Of a stretch of 64,000 nucleotides of DNA, positions 17,995 through 27,085 are shown piece by piece. Origin of the DNA: Candidatus Cloacimonadales bacterium (GTDB lineage: Bacteria; Cloacimonadota; Cloacimonadia; Cloacimonadales; JAIOQZ01); contig CAXXTU010000002.1 in NCBI GenBank assembly GCA_963662655.2, forward strand, positions 2,464,001 to 2,528,000, written 5' to 3'. A program made the position numbers and the translations under genes. Within the stretch, counting starts at the first letter, position 1, and each line of letters starts with the position of its first letter. The notes below the pieces were generated by a model. That model saw only the letters and a program-made list of their open reading frames with translations, made no database searches and had not been told where the DNA came from.

Positions 17995-20205
17995 TCATTT
18001 CCTGTCTTTATTCATTGGAGAGGTCTCCACGAAATTCCCCAGAATGCGTTTCAACGCCCCGCTTTCGAACGATATCGTAAGCTTGGCGTTCTCCCCGGAC
18101 CCGTCGACGCTGAGAACCGTTCCCTTGCCGAACGTGTTGTGCAGTACCTTCTGTCCGATCTTGTAAAGCTTCTGCGATTCGAGAATCACGTTCGTTTTCT
18201 TCGGCGCATTCCCCCTGCCGGGAGAGGCCTTTGTCGGGCTCGCGGTCACCTCGTAGAAATCCGACCCGGCAAGCCTCAGGTATTTATTGTCCAGTTCCTT
18301 CAGGAATCGGCTCGGCAACACCGGCTCGATCGTGTTGTATTCACGGCGCCACCGGCTGTAACTCAGTTCCAGATGACGCTTCGCCCGGGTAATGGCAACA
18401 TAAAGCAAACGCCGTTCCTCTTCAAGCAATTTTTCTTCTTCCAGGTTCAGGCGATGCGGGATAAGTCCATCCCCCATTCCGCAGATAAACACATGGTCGA
18501 ACTCGAGTCCCTTGGCGTTGTGCATGGTCATGAGCTGTACAACGCCCCGCTCGTCGTCCGCATGATCCAGATCCGTCTGTAGCGTGACGTTTTGCAGGTA
18601 ATCGAGCAGAAGAGGAGGATTTTCGTTCTCGTCCAGATACTCTTCGGTGTACTCTCTGGAAGCGGCCATGATCTCTTTCAGGTTGTCGGCCCTCGTGGCG
18701 TCCTGGATGTCTCCCGTCGATTCATAGAGCGGAATCAGCTTGAGATCGCCGATGACCCGCTCGATGATCATCGCCGCGGAGTCCGTTTCCGCTGCGATTC
18801 TCCATCCCTCGATCATCTTCGCGAAATCGGATATCTGCTTCTTCGCCGAGGCTCCAAGCAGAGGATTGTAACCGACTTCCTGCACCGAGCGATAGAGCGT
18901 CACGCCATGCTTGATCGAGTAATCCAGCAATTTCCCGACACTCGTATTACCAATTTTCCGCGGCGGAAAATTGATGATACGAGCGAGACTCTCGCTGTCG
19001 TCGGGATTGACCAGCACGCGAAGATATGCCAGGATATCCTTGATCTCCTTCCGCTGGAAGAAGTTCACGCCACCCACAACGGTGTAGGAGATATTCCGCT
19101 TGGCAAATTCCTGCTCGATAACGCGCGACTGCGCGTTCGTGCGGAACAGCACAGCGATATCAGCAAGCGCGGTTTTGTTACGGATTTCTTCCACTCGATC
19201 CGCGATGAATTTCGCTTCCTTCCGCTCATCCTCGAAGATGGACATCGCCGGCTTCTCGCCCTCGCCCACATCCGTCCAGAGGTCCTTCTGATGCCTTCCC
19301 TGATTGTTCTTGATCAGGCTGTTCGCCAGGTCGAGAATGTTCTGGGTCGAGCGATAATTCTGCTCGAGGCGTATCGTTTTGACCTTCCCGTAATCGTCCT
19401 CGAAGCGCAGGATATTGCGCACGTCGGCTCCGCGCCATCCGTAAATGGCCTGATCGTCGTCCCCGACCACGCAGAGGTTCCCGTGGTCCTTCGCGAGCAG
19501 ATTGACGATCTTGAACTGCGCGTAGTTCGTGTCCTGGTACTCGTCGATCATGATGTATCGGAACTGCGACGCGTATTTCCTGCGGATGTCCTCGTGCTCG
19601 TCGAGCAAGTAGGCCATGCGTAGGAGGAGGTCGTCGAAATCGAGCGCGTTGTTCTTCACGAGGTCTTCCGTGTAAGCCTTGTAAATCTTGTGAAAGGTCT
19701 TCGTGTATGCGTTCTCGTCCTGGAATTCAAAGAATTCTTCCGGACGGATCAGGTTGTTCTTGTTCCGGCTGATCAGATTATGCACCTTGCCGGGCGGAAA
19801 TGCCTTGCTATCGATGTCCAGACGCTTGACAATCCGTTTGATCAACGTCTTCTGGTCGTCGGCGTCGTAGATGACAAAATTTGATTTGAAAGGCAACCGG
19901 TCGCTCTCGTAGCGGAGGATCCTCGCACAGATGCTGTGGAAGGTTCCCACCCAGAGATTGCGCGTCTGCAAATGAAAGGTTTCTTCCAGGCGATCGCGCA
20001 ATTCGCGCGCGGCCTTGTTGGTGAAGGTAACAATCAGGATGTTGTATGGGTTGACTCGCTTCTCGCGGATCAGCCAGGCGGCGCGATAGATCACGGAACG
20101 GGTTTTACCGCTCCCTGCGCCTGCAAGAACCAGGACAGGGCCTTCCGTTGCCTGTACCACTTCCTGCTGACGTTCGTTCAATCCCCGCAACAGCGGATTA
20201 CTCAA
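17995..20205 (-). CDS. pcrA: ATP-dependent DNA helicase PcrA/UvrD
   Basis: LAGAGSGKT, TFTNKAA, IDEYQDTN, VVGDDDQAIY, LEQNYRS, EERRLLYVAITRA; C-terminal Tudor-like domain. Confidence 0.96.
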   Translation of the reverse strand: MSNPLLRGLNERQQEVVQATEGPVLVLAGAGSGKTRSVIYRAAWLIREKRVNPYNILIVTFTNKAARELRDRLEETFHLQTRNLWVGTFHSICARILRYESDRLPFKSNFVIYDADDQKTLIKRIVKRLDIDSKAFPPGKVHNLISRNKNNLIRPEEFFEFQDENAYTKTFHKIYKAYTEDLVKNNALDFDDLLLRMAYLLDEHEDIRRKYASQFRYIMIDEYQDTNYAQFKIVNLLAKDHGNLCVVGDDDQAIYGWRGADVRNILRFEDDYGKVKTIRLEQNYRSTQNILDLANSLIKNNQGRHQKDLWTDVGEGEKPAMSIFEDERKEAKFIADRVEEIRNKTALADIAVLFRTNAQSRVIEQEFAKRNISYTVVGGVNFFQRKEIKDILAYLRVLVNPDDSESLARIINFPPRKIGNTSVGKLLDYSIKHGVTLYRSVQEVGYNPLLGASAKKQISDFAKMIEGWRIAAETDSAAMIIERVIGDLKLIPLYESTGDIQDATRADNLKEIMAASREYTEEYLDENENPPLLLDYLQNVTLQTDLDHADDERGVVQLMTMHNAKGLEFDHVFICGMGDGLIPHRLNLEEEKLLEEERRLLYVAITRAKRHLELSYSRWRREYNTIEPVLPSRFLKELDNKYLRLAGSDFYEVTASPTKASPGRGNAPKKTNVILESQKLYKIGQKVLHNTFGKGTVLSVDGSGENAKLTISFESGALKRILGNFVETSPMNKDRK

Positions 20206-20608
20206 CGCCCCTACCTACCGGAGTCGAAAGCGGCCCGATCAAACCCTCTTCACTCCTACCGGCTATCCGGTACCAGTAGTAGTTTCCTGCGTAAACATCG
20301 TTATCGCGATACGAGCAGGTCGTATCCGACGTATTGGGGATTCCCTGCGGAACGATACTCACGTAGGAACCATCGTAATCAAGAGCCCGGTAGACCATGT
20401 ACGCATCGGCATCTTCCGTGCTTTGCCACTCGACCTTGACCCACTTCGTAACGGATCCGCTTCCCGAAGATGTTATCGAGACGTTCGAGATTTTTGTTGG
20501 CACATCGATACTCGAATTGTTATCCGGATCGAGCGGATTACTTCTCTCCAGCTCGCAGGACACGACGGAGAAAGCGACGATAACGAGTATGAACAGTAAA
20601 TTCTTCAT
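20198..20608 (-). CDS. Lipoprotein with FN3-like domain
   Basis: Lipobox VVSC followed by ERSNPLDP; YMVYRA..., YWYRIAG FN3 pattern. Confidence 0.75.
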   Translation of the reverse strand: MKNLLFILVIVAFSVVSCELERSNPLDPDNNSSIDVPTKISNVSITSSGSGSVTKWVKVEWQSTEDADAYMVYRALDYDGSYVSIVPQGIPNTSDTTCSYRDNDVYAGNYYWYRIAGRSEEGLIGPLSTPVGRGVE

Positions 20609-20610
20609 GG

Positions 20611-21198
20611 TTAGAACCTCACCGAAATGCCTGTTGGTGTTATAATAACGTTTTGCCGATTGTACTCCCTGATGATATCGCTCCAGAGGTTGCTGTTGTA
20701 TTCATCGGTAACGTTGATCGTGTCGTACAGGGTATAGATCCAAACAAGGATACCCAACCCGAGAAAGGCTTGCGAATAGCGGTAGGGTTCGAGCGCGTCG
20801 TTGTAGGATTGATTCATTTCATCGACCTGGTCGGCGTTTTTATACTTGTCATAGTTTTCCATCGCCTGGTCATAGAAATAGAGCGCGCTTCCGAATAGCA
20901 CGACCTCCAGCCCGAGAAAAATCTGCCCCTTGGTGTAGCTCTTCGCCGAGAAATGCCCCCAACCGGGAACAATCGCCGATTTTGCCAGGTTTCCGGCGGT
21001 GGTCAGGCGGTTCATGCGATAGAGCTGCAAAAGCCGTTGGCGCTCCTGAAGGTCCATCTTGGCATGGTTTCGCTCCTCGAAATCTTCCCAACCGTATTTC
21101 TGTGGATCGGTAAACTTCTCCAGGTCGAAATCCTGTGCAGAAAGACTCGACAGGACACAAAATAATATGAGTACGTAACGTTTGATAAACTTATCCAT
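20611..21198 (-). CDS. DUF5683-like protein
   Basis: KSAIVPGWGHF motif and two hydrophobic helices; similar to 11315-11782. Confidence 0.7.
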   Translation of the reverse strand: MDKFIKRYVLILFCVLSSLSAQDFDLEKFTDPQKYGWEDFEERNHAKMDLQERQRLLQLYRMNRLTTAGNLAKSAIVPGWGHFSAKSYTKGQIFLGLEVVLFGSALYFYDQAMENYDKYKNADQVDEMNQSYNDALEPYRYSQAFLGLGILVWIYTLYDTINVTDEYNSNLWSDIIREYNRQNVIITPTGISVRF

Positions 21199-22610
21199 TA
21201 TTGCAATAATTCCTCACTCACTTTGTTCAGAGGCAAAACCGTCTGATCTTTCAAATTAACAAGCCACACCAGGAAATAACTCTTTTCCGGCGTCGAGATA
21301 TCGTATCGAACCTCGTACTTCGCTTCGCCCACGGATAGAACGTATCGCCAACCGGAGGTACTTACAAGGTCCTGGTATTGCAATACGAGTTCCTGTTCCA
21401 GCTGGCTCACCCGGCGGATGATAAGCCCGTTGCGGTAGTTATTGATAACGCGTCGGGCAAAAGCGACGGGATCCTTCTCGATCTCGATCATGTTGGACAT
21501 CAGGAACATCTTGTCCTTATATGCGCTCAAGGCATCCAGACGATACGCACTGCGGTAGAGCTGCAGAGCCGTTGCCCAGTTCTCTTTCTTCTCTTCTTCC
21601 TGCGCTTCGAGGCTCAGCCGGTTCGCTTCATGAATGTTCTGTTTCAGAATATTCGCTTCGGAGATTGCCATCGCTGCCGGCTCATAATTGCTGATAATAT
21701 TGAAACACCGGCTGTAGATTCCGATTGCGTTATCGATCTGCCTGTCGCTCACCAGCTCATCGCCCTGCTGCATGAACTTGGAGCAGATATCGACAAGGCG
21801 TGCGTTCACCAATTCTTCTTTGGTCGGATCGAACTCGATGACGAACCTGTAGGTCTCTTCGGCCTGCACGTATTCGCCTTCTACTACGAGCTGTTCCGCC
21901 AGTTTCCAGTACAACTCGCTCAGTTCGAGGTAGATGCGATCCTTGAACGAAGACGGGTATTGCTCCAGATAGAACAAGCGTTCCAGCGCATGGCGGTATC
22001 CGTCGGAAAACTGTAGTTCGATCGCGTTATCGATGTATCGCTCCATAAACCGGTCGATATATTTTTGCGACATCGCGATATACTCGTTGCCCGTATATCG
22101 CTCGTTGAGAAGCACATAGTTTTCCCAAGCCGCTTCGTCGTTGTTGTAGATATCCATGTAAATCTGAATCCGGCTATGAAGAATCTCCGGGATCAACTCG
22201 GATTCAGGTAGATTCACAACGATCATTTCATAGTACTGGAGGGTGATATCGTAGTCGTTTCGCTGGTAGGCGGCATCAGCGAGGTTGAAATAGCAGTTGT
22301 CCATGATCTCGTCGGCCTTGTCCGAATTCGCCAGGAAGAAGAAACGGATCGCCAGCTTCCACTTGTCGGAGTCAAAGGCTTTAAGGCCCAATTGATAATA
22401 GCATTCCGAACGTTCCAGCTCCGCCTCGGTCGCTTTCGCGCCGTTCTTGGAGATTTTGATATAATGATCGTAGCTCTCGATGGCAGCCGCGTATTTTCCA
22501 CGCGCCTGAAGACTCTGCGCTACCGAATAATTCGATGTACATCCGGCCAGAGCCAGCGCAATAACGATTGATACAAACAGGAAACTATAAAATGATTTCT
22601 TTATTTTCAT
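21198..22610 (-). CDS. TPR-repeat lipoprotein
   Basis: Lipobox LAGC; repeated TPR-like helices (CYYQLG, CYFNLAD). Confidence 0.75.
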   Translation of the reverse strand: MKIKKSFYSFLFVSIVIALALAGCTSNYSVAQSLQARGKYAAAIESYDHYIKISKNGAKATEAELERSECYYQLGLKAFDSDKWKLAIRFFFLANSDKADEIMDNCYFNLADAAYQRNDYDITLQYYEMIVVNLPESELIPEILHSRIQIYMDIYNNDEAAWENYVLLNERYTGNEYIAMSQKYIDRFMERYIDNAIELQFSDGYRHALERLFYLEQYPSSFKDRIYLELSELYWKLAEQLVVEGEYVQAEETYRFVIEFDPTKEELVNARLVDICSKFMQQGDELVSDRQIDNAIGIYSRCFNIISNYEPAAMAISEANILKQNIHEANRLSLEAQEEEKKENWATALQLYRSAYRLDALSAYKDKMFLMSNMIEIEKDPVAFARRVINNYRNGLIIRRVSQLEQELVLQYQDLVSTSGWRYVLSVGEAKYEVRYDISTPEKSYFLVWLVNLKDQTVLPLNKVSEELLQ

Positions 22611-23334
22611 CCGCAATCTCGAAGACTTGATTTTCACGCGTTTTCAATAGCTGTTTCAGATCCTTTGACAACCCGTGGGTTAGTATGATTCTGTCGATTT
22701 CGTCTTCTCGAAGCGCATAGACTTCTTCAGCTTTCGGATGCAACGCATCGACGATGAGTATATCGGTTTCTATCAGTCGAATCCCCAGGGAATTCAGCTT
22801 CAAGATATCCGAGGTGTAGATCACCTTTTTATCGCGGTCTTCCTCTTCTTCTTCCAGAACGAACGAGAAGCTCTTCATTTCGTTCGTCAAATGCTTTTCC
22901 CGGATAACGGAGGCGTAGCTTTGCAAGTGGTCCGATTCGATCGGCGTGATAAAGGGCAGTTCCTGGTTCAGCTCTTCCATGGGCTTCAGGAATATACTGA
23001 AATGGAATTTATCGGGAATGGTATAGAACATGTGCATGGTTTCCAGAAAGTCCTTAACGCGTTCCGGCAGAAACACGGTGAGGTTCTTCACTCGCTGCTG
23101 GAGGTACATCATCTGGATCATCATGAAGAACCCCGAAACATGATCCGGGTGGTAATGCGAAATGATCACGTAATCGATGACGTCCGCGTCGAGTTCATAC
23201 TTCATGAGCTGCTGAGAGATTCCTTCTCCGCAATCGATCAATATGTTCTTTCCGTGCGTGTAGAACCATAAGGCAGAGTGGTGCTTTCCGGGCGTCGGGA
23301 TGCCGGAAGCAGAACCGAGTATCCTTATTTTCAT
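22585..23334 (-). CDS. MBL-fold metallo-hydrolase, RNase Z-like
   Basis: ILGSASGIPT, LIDCGEG, SHYHPDH, YTSD, ILTH. Confidence 0.82.
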   Translation of the reverse strand: MKIRILGSASGIPTPGKHHSALWFYTHGKNILIDCGEGISQQLMKYELDADVIDYVIISHYHPDHVSGFFMMIQMMYLQQRVKNLTVFLPERVKDFLETMHMFYTIPDKFHFSIFLKPMEELNQELPFITPIESDHLQSYASVIREKHLTNEMKSFSFVLEEEEEDRDKKVIYTSDILKLNSLGIRLIETDILIVDALHPKAEEVYALREDEIDRIILTHGLSKDLKQLLKTRENQVFEIADENKEIIL

Positions 23335-24434
23335 GCTTTTACCTCATTTTGTTTTAGCTGGTTGGCTGGTATCGTGACGGGTATCTGATCGAGCTTCTTT
23401 CCGAAAAACAGGAAAAAAGCCGCGAACAAAACGGTCGATACGGCAAGCAAAATGATCGAGTCCATCCGGTAGATTAATATGGAAAACACAGCGATGATCG
23501 CATTGATCAGATAGATGATGAGCGCCGTCACACGCGCGGAGCCCATGGCGTTGTCGATGCGGTGCGTCGAGTGGTCCTTGCCGCCCTGGGTGATGCGACG
23601 ACCGTCTCTCTTGCGCGTGATGCTGACCAGCGAGATATCGAAGATGGCGTAACTGAGCATCAGAACGGGGAGCAGGTAGTACATCTCGCTGCTCCGATGT
23701 ATCACGGCGAGTCGGCCGCTGAGAATCCCCATGGTCGAGAGGAAATAGCCGATAAACATGCTTCCTGCATCGCCGAGGAAAATTTTTGCGGGTCGGAAAT
23801 TGTGGGGAAGAAAGCCGAATATCGCACCGGCGAATGTGAGTGACATCAGGCCGATGAAATGAGCCTGCGGGGCCAGGGCGCTGGTTTTGATGGATACGCT
23901 GAGCGCATAAAATCCAATCGCCAGGATCCCGGACATCCCCGAGATGATCCCGTCCATGTTGTCCAGGAAGTTCAGCGCGTTCATCAGCCCGATCATCCAC
24001 AACAGCATGATGGGAACGCTGAGCCACGGCGAGATGAAGAGATTCAGAAAGTTGCCGTAATGCATCTGCTGCGTAACGATGAACACAACGCACGCGAGGA
24101 GCTGCCCCAGCATCTTCACGCGAGGAGACATCGTGTAACGGTCGTCGATCAACCCTACGAGGGTGATAATCAATGCGCCACCGAGGTAGCCGATAACCGG
24201 CAGGTCGAACGAGCGATGAGGTGACAGCGCGATATGATAAATCGCAAACAGAATGAAGCCGGTGAATACGGCCACACCCCCCATGAGAGGCGTAGCTTTT
24301 TTATGGACTTTCCGCGCTTCGGGGTTGTCCATGAAATTAATGACTTTCGCCAGACGAATGATGAACGGCGTCAGAGCAAAAACAAAAAGAAACGGCAGCG
24401 TCAACGCGCCAACATATTCATAAATGACTTTCAT
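23331..24434 (-). CDS. Undecaprenyl-phosphate GlcNAc-1-phosphate transferase (WecA/TagO, MraY family)
   Basis: RKVHKKATPLMGG, GLIDD, NALNFLDNMDG, IFLGDAGS, DHSTHR. Confidence 0.9.
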   Translation of the reverse strand: MKVIYEYVGALTLPFLFVFALTPFIIRLAKVINFMDNPEARKVHKKATPLMGGVAVFTGFILFAIYHIALSPHRSFDLPVIGYLGGALIITLVGLIDDRYTMSPRVKMLGQLLACVVFIVTQQMHYGNFLNLFISPWLSVPIMLLWMIGLMNALNFLDNMDGIISGMSGILAIGFYALSVSIKTSALAPQAHFIGLMSLTFAGAIFGFLPHNFRPAKIFLGDAGSMFIGYFLSTMGILSGRLAVIHRSSEMYYLLPVLMLSYAIFDISLVSITRKRDGRRITQGGKDHSTHRIDNAMGSARVTALIIYLINAIIAVFSILIYRMDSIILLAVSTVLFAAFFLFFGKKLDQIPVTIPANQLKQNEVKA

Positions 24435-24540
24435 AGTATATATTTACAAATCCTTGGTTTCGATTTTCCCGATCACTCCACAAACTTCCTTATTAAGATG
24501 TAAAACGATTTTGTCAATTCATTTTACGTCATTTCGCGCG

Positions 24541-25188
24541 TCAGAGCGTCATGCCGGTCAGCAACCTGAGCAAGAAGTTGAGCGGAGGCATGATGATATA
24601 TCCGACAATCGGAATGTTGAACACATAAGAGATCAGGATGATTCCCATGAAGATGATCATCCCCTTCTTTTCCTGAGCCGTGTATTTGAAATAGGCGTTG
24701 TCCGAAAGAAATCCGCCGAGAATCTTCGAGCCGTCCAGCGGTGGTATCGGAATCAGATTGAACAACCCGAGCGCCAGATTGAAGAAGATTGTCAGGAAAA
24801 GGATTCTTCCGATGAACACACTCACCGAATGCCCCATCATGAGCGAATCGCCGAAAACACTCACGTATCCCTTGAAGATCAACGAGAAGATGATCGCCAT
24901 GATGAAGTTCGAGGCTGGACCCGCCGCCGCGGAAAGAGCGGTATCCCGCTTGAAGTTCTGAAAGTTGTACGGATTGATCGGAACCGGTTTCGCCCAGCCG
25001 ATTTTCATGATGAACAACGCGATCAAGCCCAGGATATCCAGGTGCGAAAGCGGATTCAACGTCAGACGACCGGCACGTTTCGCCGTATCGTCCCCGAGCC
25101 AGTACGCCACAAGCCCGTGACTGAACTCATGCACGCTGAGACTGATAATCAGAATCGGCGCGAGTACCAGTATTTCCGAAAAGCCCAT
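24541..25188 (-). CDS. Site-2 protease (M50 family)
   Basis: HEFSHG zinc motif; FNLIPIPPLDG. Confidence 0.93.
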   Translation of the reverse strand: MGFSEILVLAPILIISLSVHEFSHGLVAYWLGDDTAKRAGRLTLNPLSHLDILGLIALFIMKIGWAKPVPINPYNFQNFKRDTALSAAAGPASNFIMAIIFSLIFKGYVSVFGDSLMMGHSVSVFIGRILFLTIFFNLALGLFNLIPIPPLDGSKILGGFLSDNAYFKYTAQEKKGMIIFMGIILISYVFNIPIVGYIIMPPLNFLLRLLTGMTL

Positions 25189-26393
25189 TATTTCTCCCCG
25201 GGAACCAGCTTCAGGAAGCGCCTTTTGCCTACCTTAAGAATCTGCTCTTTTTCAACGCTCAGGTTCAGGTCGCCGTCTTCGATCTTCTCATCGTCGAGCT
25301 TCACCGCGCCCTGCTTGAGCATGCGCCGCGCCTCTCCGTTCGTTTGGCAGAGACCCGTGTCGGTGAGAAGTTTGATAATCCAGACCGGCTCGTCTATCAC
25401 GAGTTCTTCGATATCGGCCGGAATATTTCCCTGGCTGAAAACGCTGTTGAATTCATTCTCCGCTTCCCAGGCCGCTTTTTCCCCATCATAAAGGGTAACG
25501 ATTTCCCGGGCCAGACGTTGCTTTATGAATTTTGGATTTTCGCCCGACTTGAGTTCCGATTCGATCACCTTGATCTCTTGCGGAGTTAGTCGTGTAGCAT
25601 ACTGGAAGTAGTTGAGGATGATGTTGTCGGGGATCGACATCACCTTGCCGTATTTTTCTCCCGGAGGATCGAAAACCGCGATATAGTTGCCCAGACTTTT
25701 GCCCATCTTGTTGACGCCGTCCGTTCCAAGGAGGATCGGGAACATGATGGCAACCTGCTCCGGCTTACCGAAATAGCGGAGCATGTCGCGTCCGCAGAGA
25801 AGGTTAAACTTCTGTTCGGTTGCGCCCAGTTCGATGTCGGCATCGATCGCTACAGAATCGTACGCCTGAAGGACGGGGTACATCAATTCGTGCATCGCGA
25901 GCGGAAGTCCGTTCTCGTAGCGCTTGCGGAAGGTGTCGTGGGCAAGGAACTGCGCCAGGGTGAATTTCCCGAGCAGGCTGATAACATTCGCCAGCGTCAG
26001 GTCGTCGAACCATTCCGATTGCCAGCGGATCTCCGTTTTGTCTTTGTCCAGAACCGTGTAGAGCTGATCCATGTAGGTTTCCGCATTGCGTTTGGTATCT
26101 TCTGCGGTCAAAGGCGGACGTGATTCGTCGCGCCCGGTTGGATCCCCGATGCGAGCCGTGAAGTCACCGATGATGATTACGCCGGTGTGGCCCATGTCCT
26201 GGAAATCGCGCAGCTTGCGCACGGGAACCATGTGACCGATATGCACATCCTTGCCGGTGGGATCGATGCCCAGCTTTACGCGAAGAGGGCGGCCTTCTTT
26301 CTCGGCGAGAATCAGCTTTTGCTTCAGTTCAGCCTCGGGGACGATCTCCTCCGCCCCGTTTTTTATCATTTCAATTTGTTCTTGTATCGTCAT
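25188..26393 (-). CDS. tyrS: Tyrosine--tRNA ligase
   Basis: KLGIDPT..HIGH, YPVLQAYD, KMGKSLGNY, C-terminal S4 domain; GGAG RBS before ATG 26393. Confidence 0.96.
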   Translation of the reverse strand: MTIQEQIEMIKNGAEEIVPEAELKQKLILAEKEGRPLRVKLGIDPTGKDVHIGHMVPVRKLRDFQDMGHTGVIIIGDFTARIGDPTGRDESRPPLTAEDTKRNAETYMDQLYTVLDKDKTEIRWQSEWFDDLTLANVISLLGKFTLAQFLAHDTFRKRYENGLPLAMHELMYPVLQAYDSVAIDADIELGATEQKFNLLCGRDMLRYFGKPEQVAIMFPILLGTDGVNKMGKSLGNYIAVFDPPGEKYGKVMSIPDNIILNYFQYATRLTPQEIKVIESELKSGENPKFIKQRLAREIVTLYDGEKAAWEAENEFNSVFSQGNIPADIEELVIDEPVWIIKLLTDTGLCQTNGEARRMLKQGAVKLDDEKIEDGDLNLSVEKEQILKVGKRRFLKLVPGEK

Positions 26394-26570
26394 GCAAACC
26401 TCTCCGATTTTAATCGCTTCCAAAACATCTGGTTGCGCTCGTTTTGTCAATGAATACCGTGGAAACGTCATGAAATGCACATGATAGAGGTTATTGGAAT
26501 GATGTGGAGCTGATCGGGCTGGTTATCGGCGATGATTTATTGGATGCCGATTTGTGGGGGATTACCCGAC

Positions 26571-26990
26571 TTACTGCTGAGAATCCAGAATAATTGTGAG
26601 GATGTTCTTGCCGTTATCGTGCTTGTAGCTCATCTCGCGTGAGAACTGCTTCACGAGGTGGATGCCCAATCCCCCTACAGAGCGCTCCTCGATCGAGGCT
26701 TCGGTATCCGGTTCTTGTGCGGAGAGCGGATCAAACGGTGCAGCGTCGTCTTCCAGCCGAACAACGATATACTCATCGCCAAGCGTGACGTCCACCCCAA
26801 TCTCGTGATTGTTTGCATCGCGATAACCGTAGTTGATGATGTTGGTTATCATCTCATCGAAGATCAGGTTGATGTTGAATGCAACGCGGGGGTTGACATG
26901 GTTCTCCAGCACAAAGCCCTCGAAGGCATCCGCAAGCGGCGCAAGCTCTTCCAATCGATTGCCCAAGCGCCAGGTGAATTTCTTTTCCAT
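26571..26990 (-). CDS. RsbW-like anti-sigma factor / HATPase protein
   Basis: DEMITNIINYG, EDDAAPFDP, GGLGIHLVK. Confidence 0.88.
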   Translation of the reverse strand: MEKKFTWRLGNRLEELAPLADAFEGFVLENHVNPRVAFNINLIFDEMITNIINYGYRDANNHEIGVDVTLGDEYIVVRLEDDAAPFDPLSAQEPDTEASIEERSVGGLGIHLVKQFSREMSYKHDNGKNILTIILDSQQ

Positions 26991-27085
26991 CGCATCCTCG
27001 GTTAAACTCGGTTCGTTCACAGGTTGCCCAACTTGCCTGAGGATGTCAATGAAAAGGTGTTCTGTATCATAGATATAATTAAGGC

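Noticed and set aside
26394..26570. T-box leader upstream of tyrS
   Set aside because: No TGGNACC T-box motif or terminator/antiterminator pair is visible.
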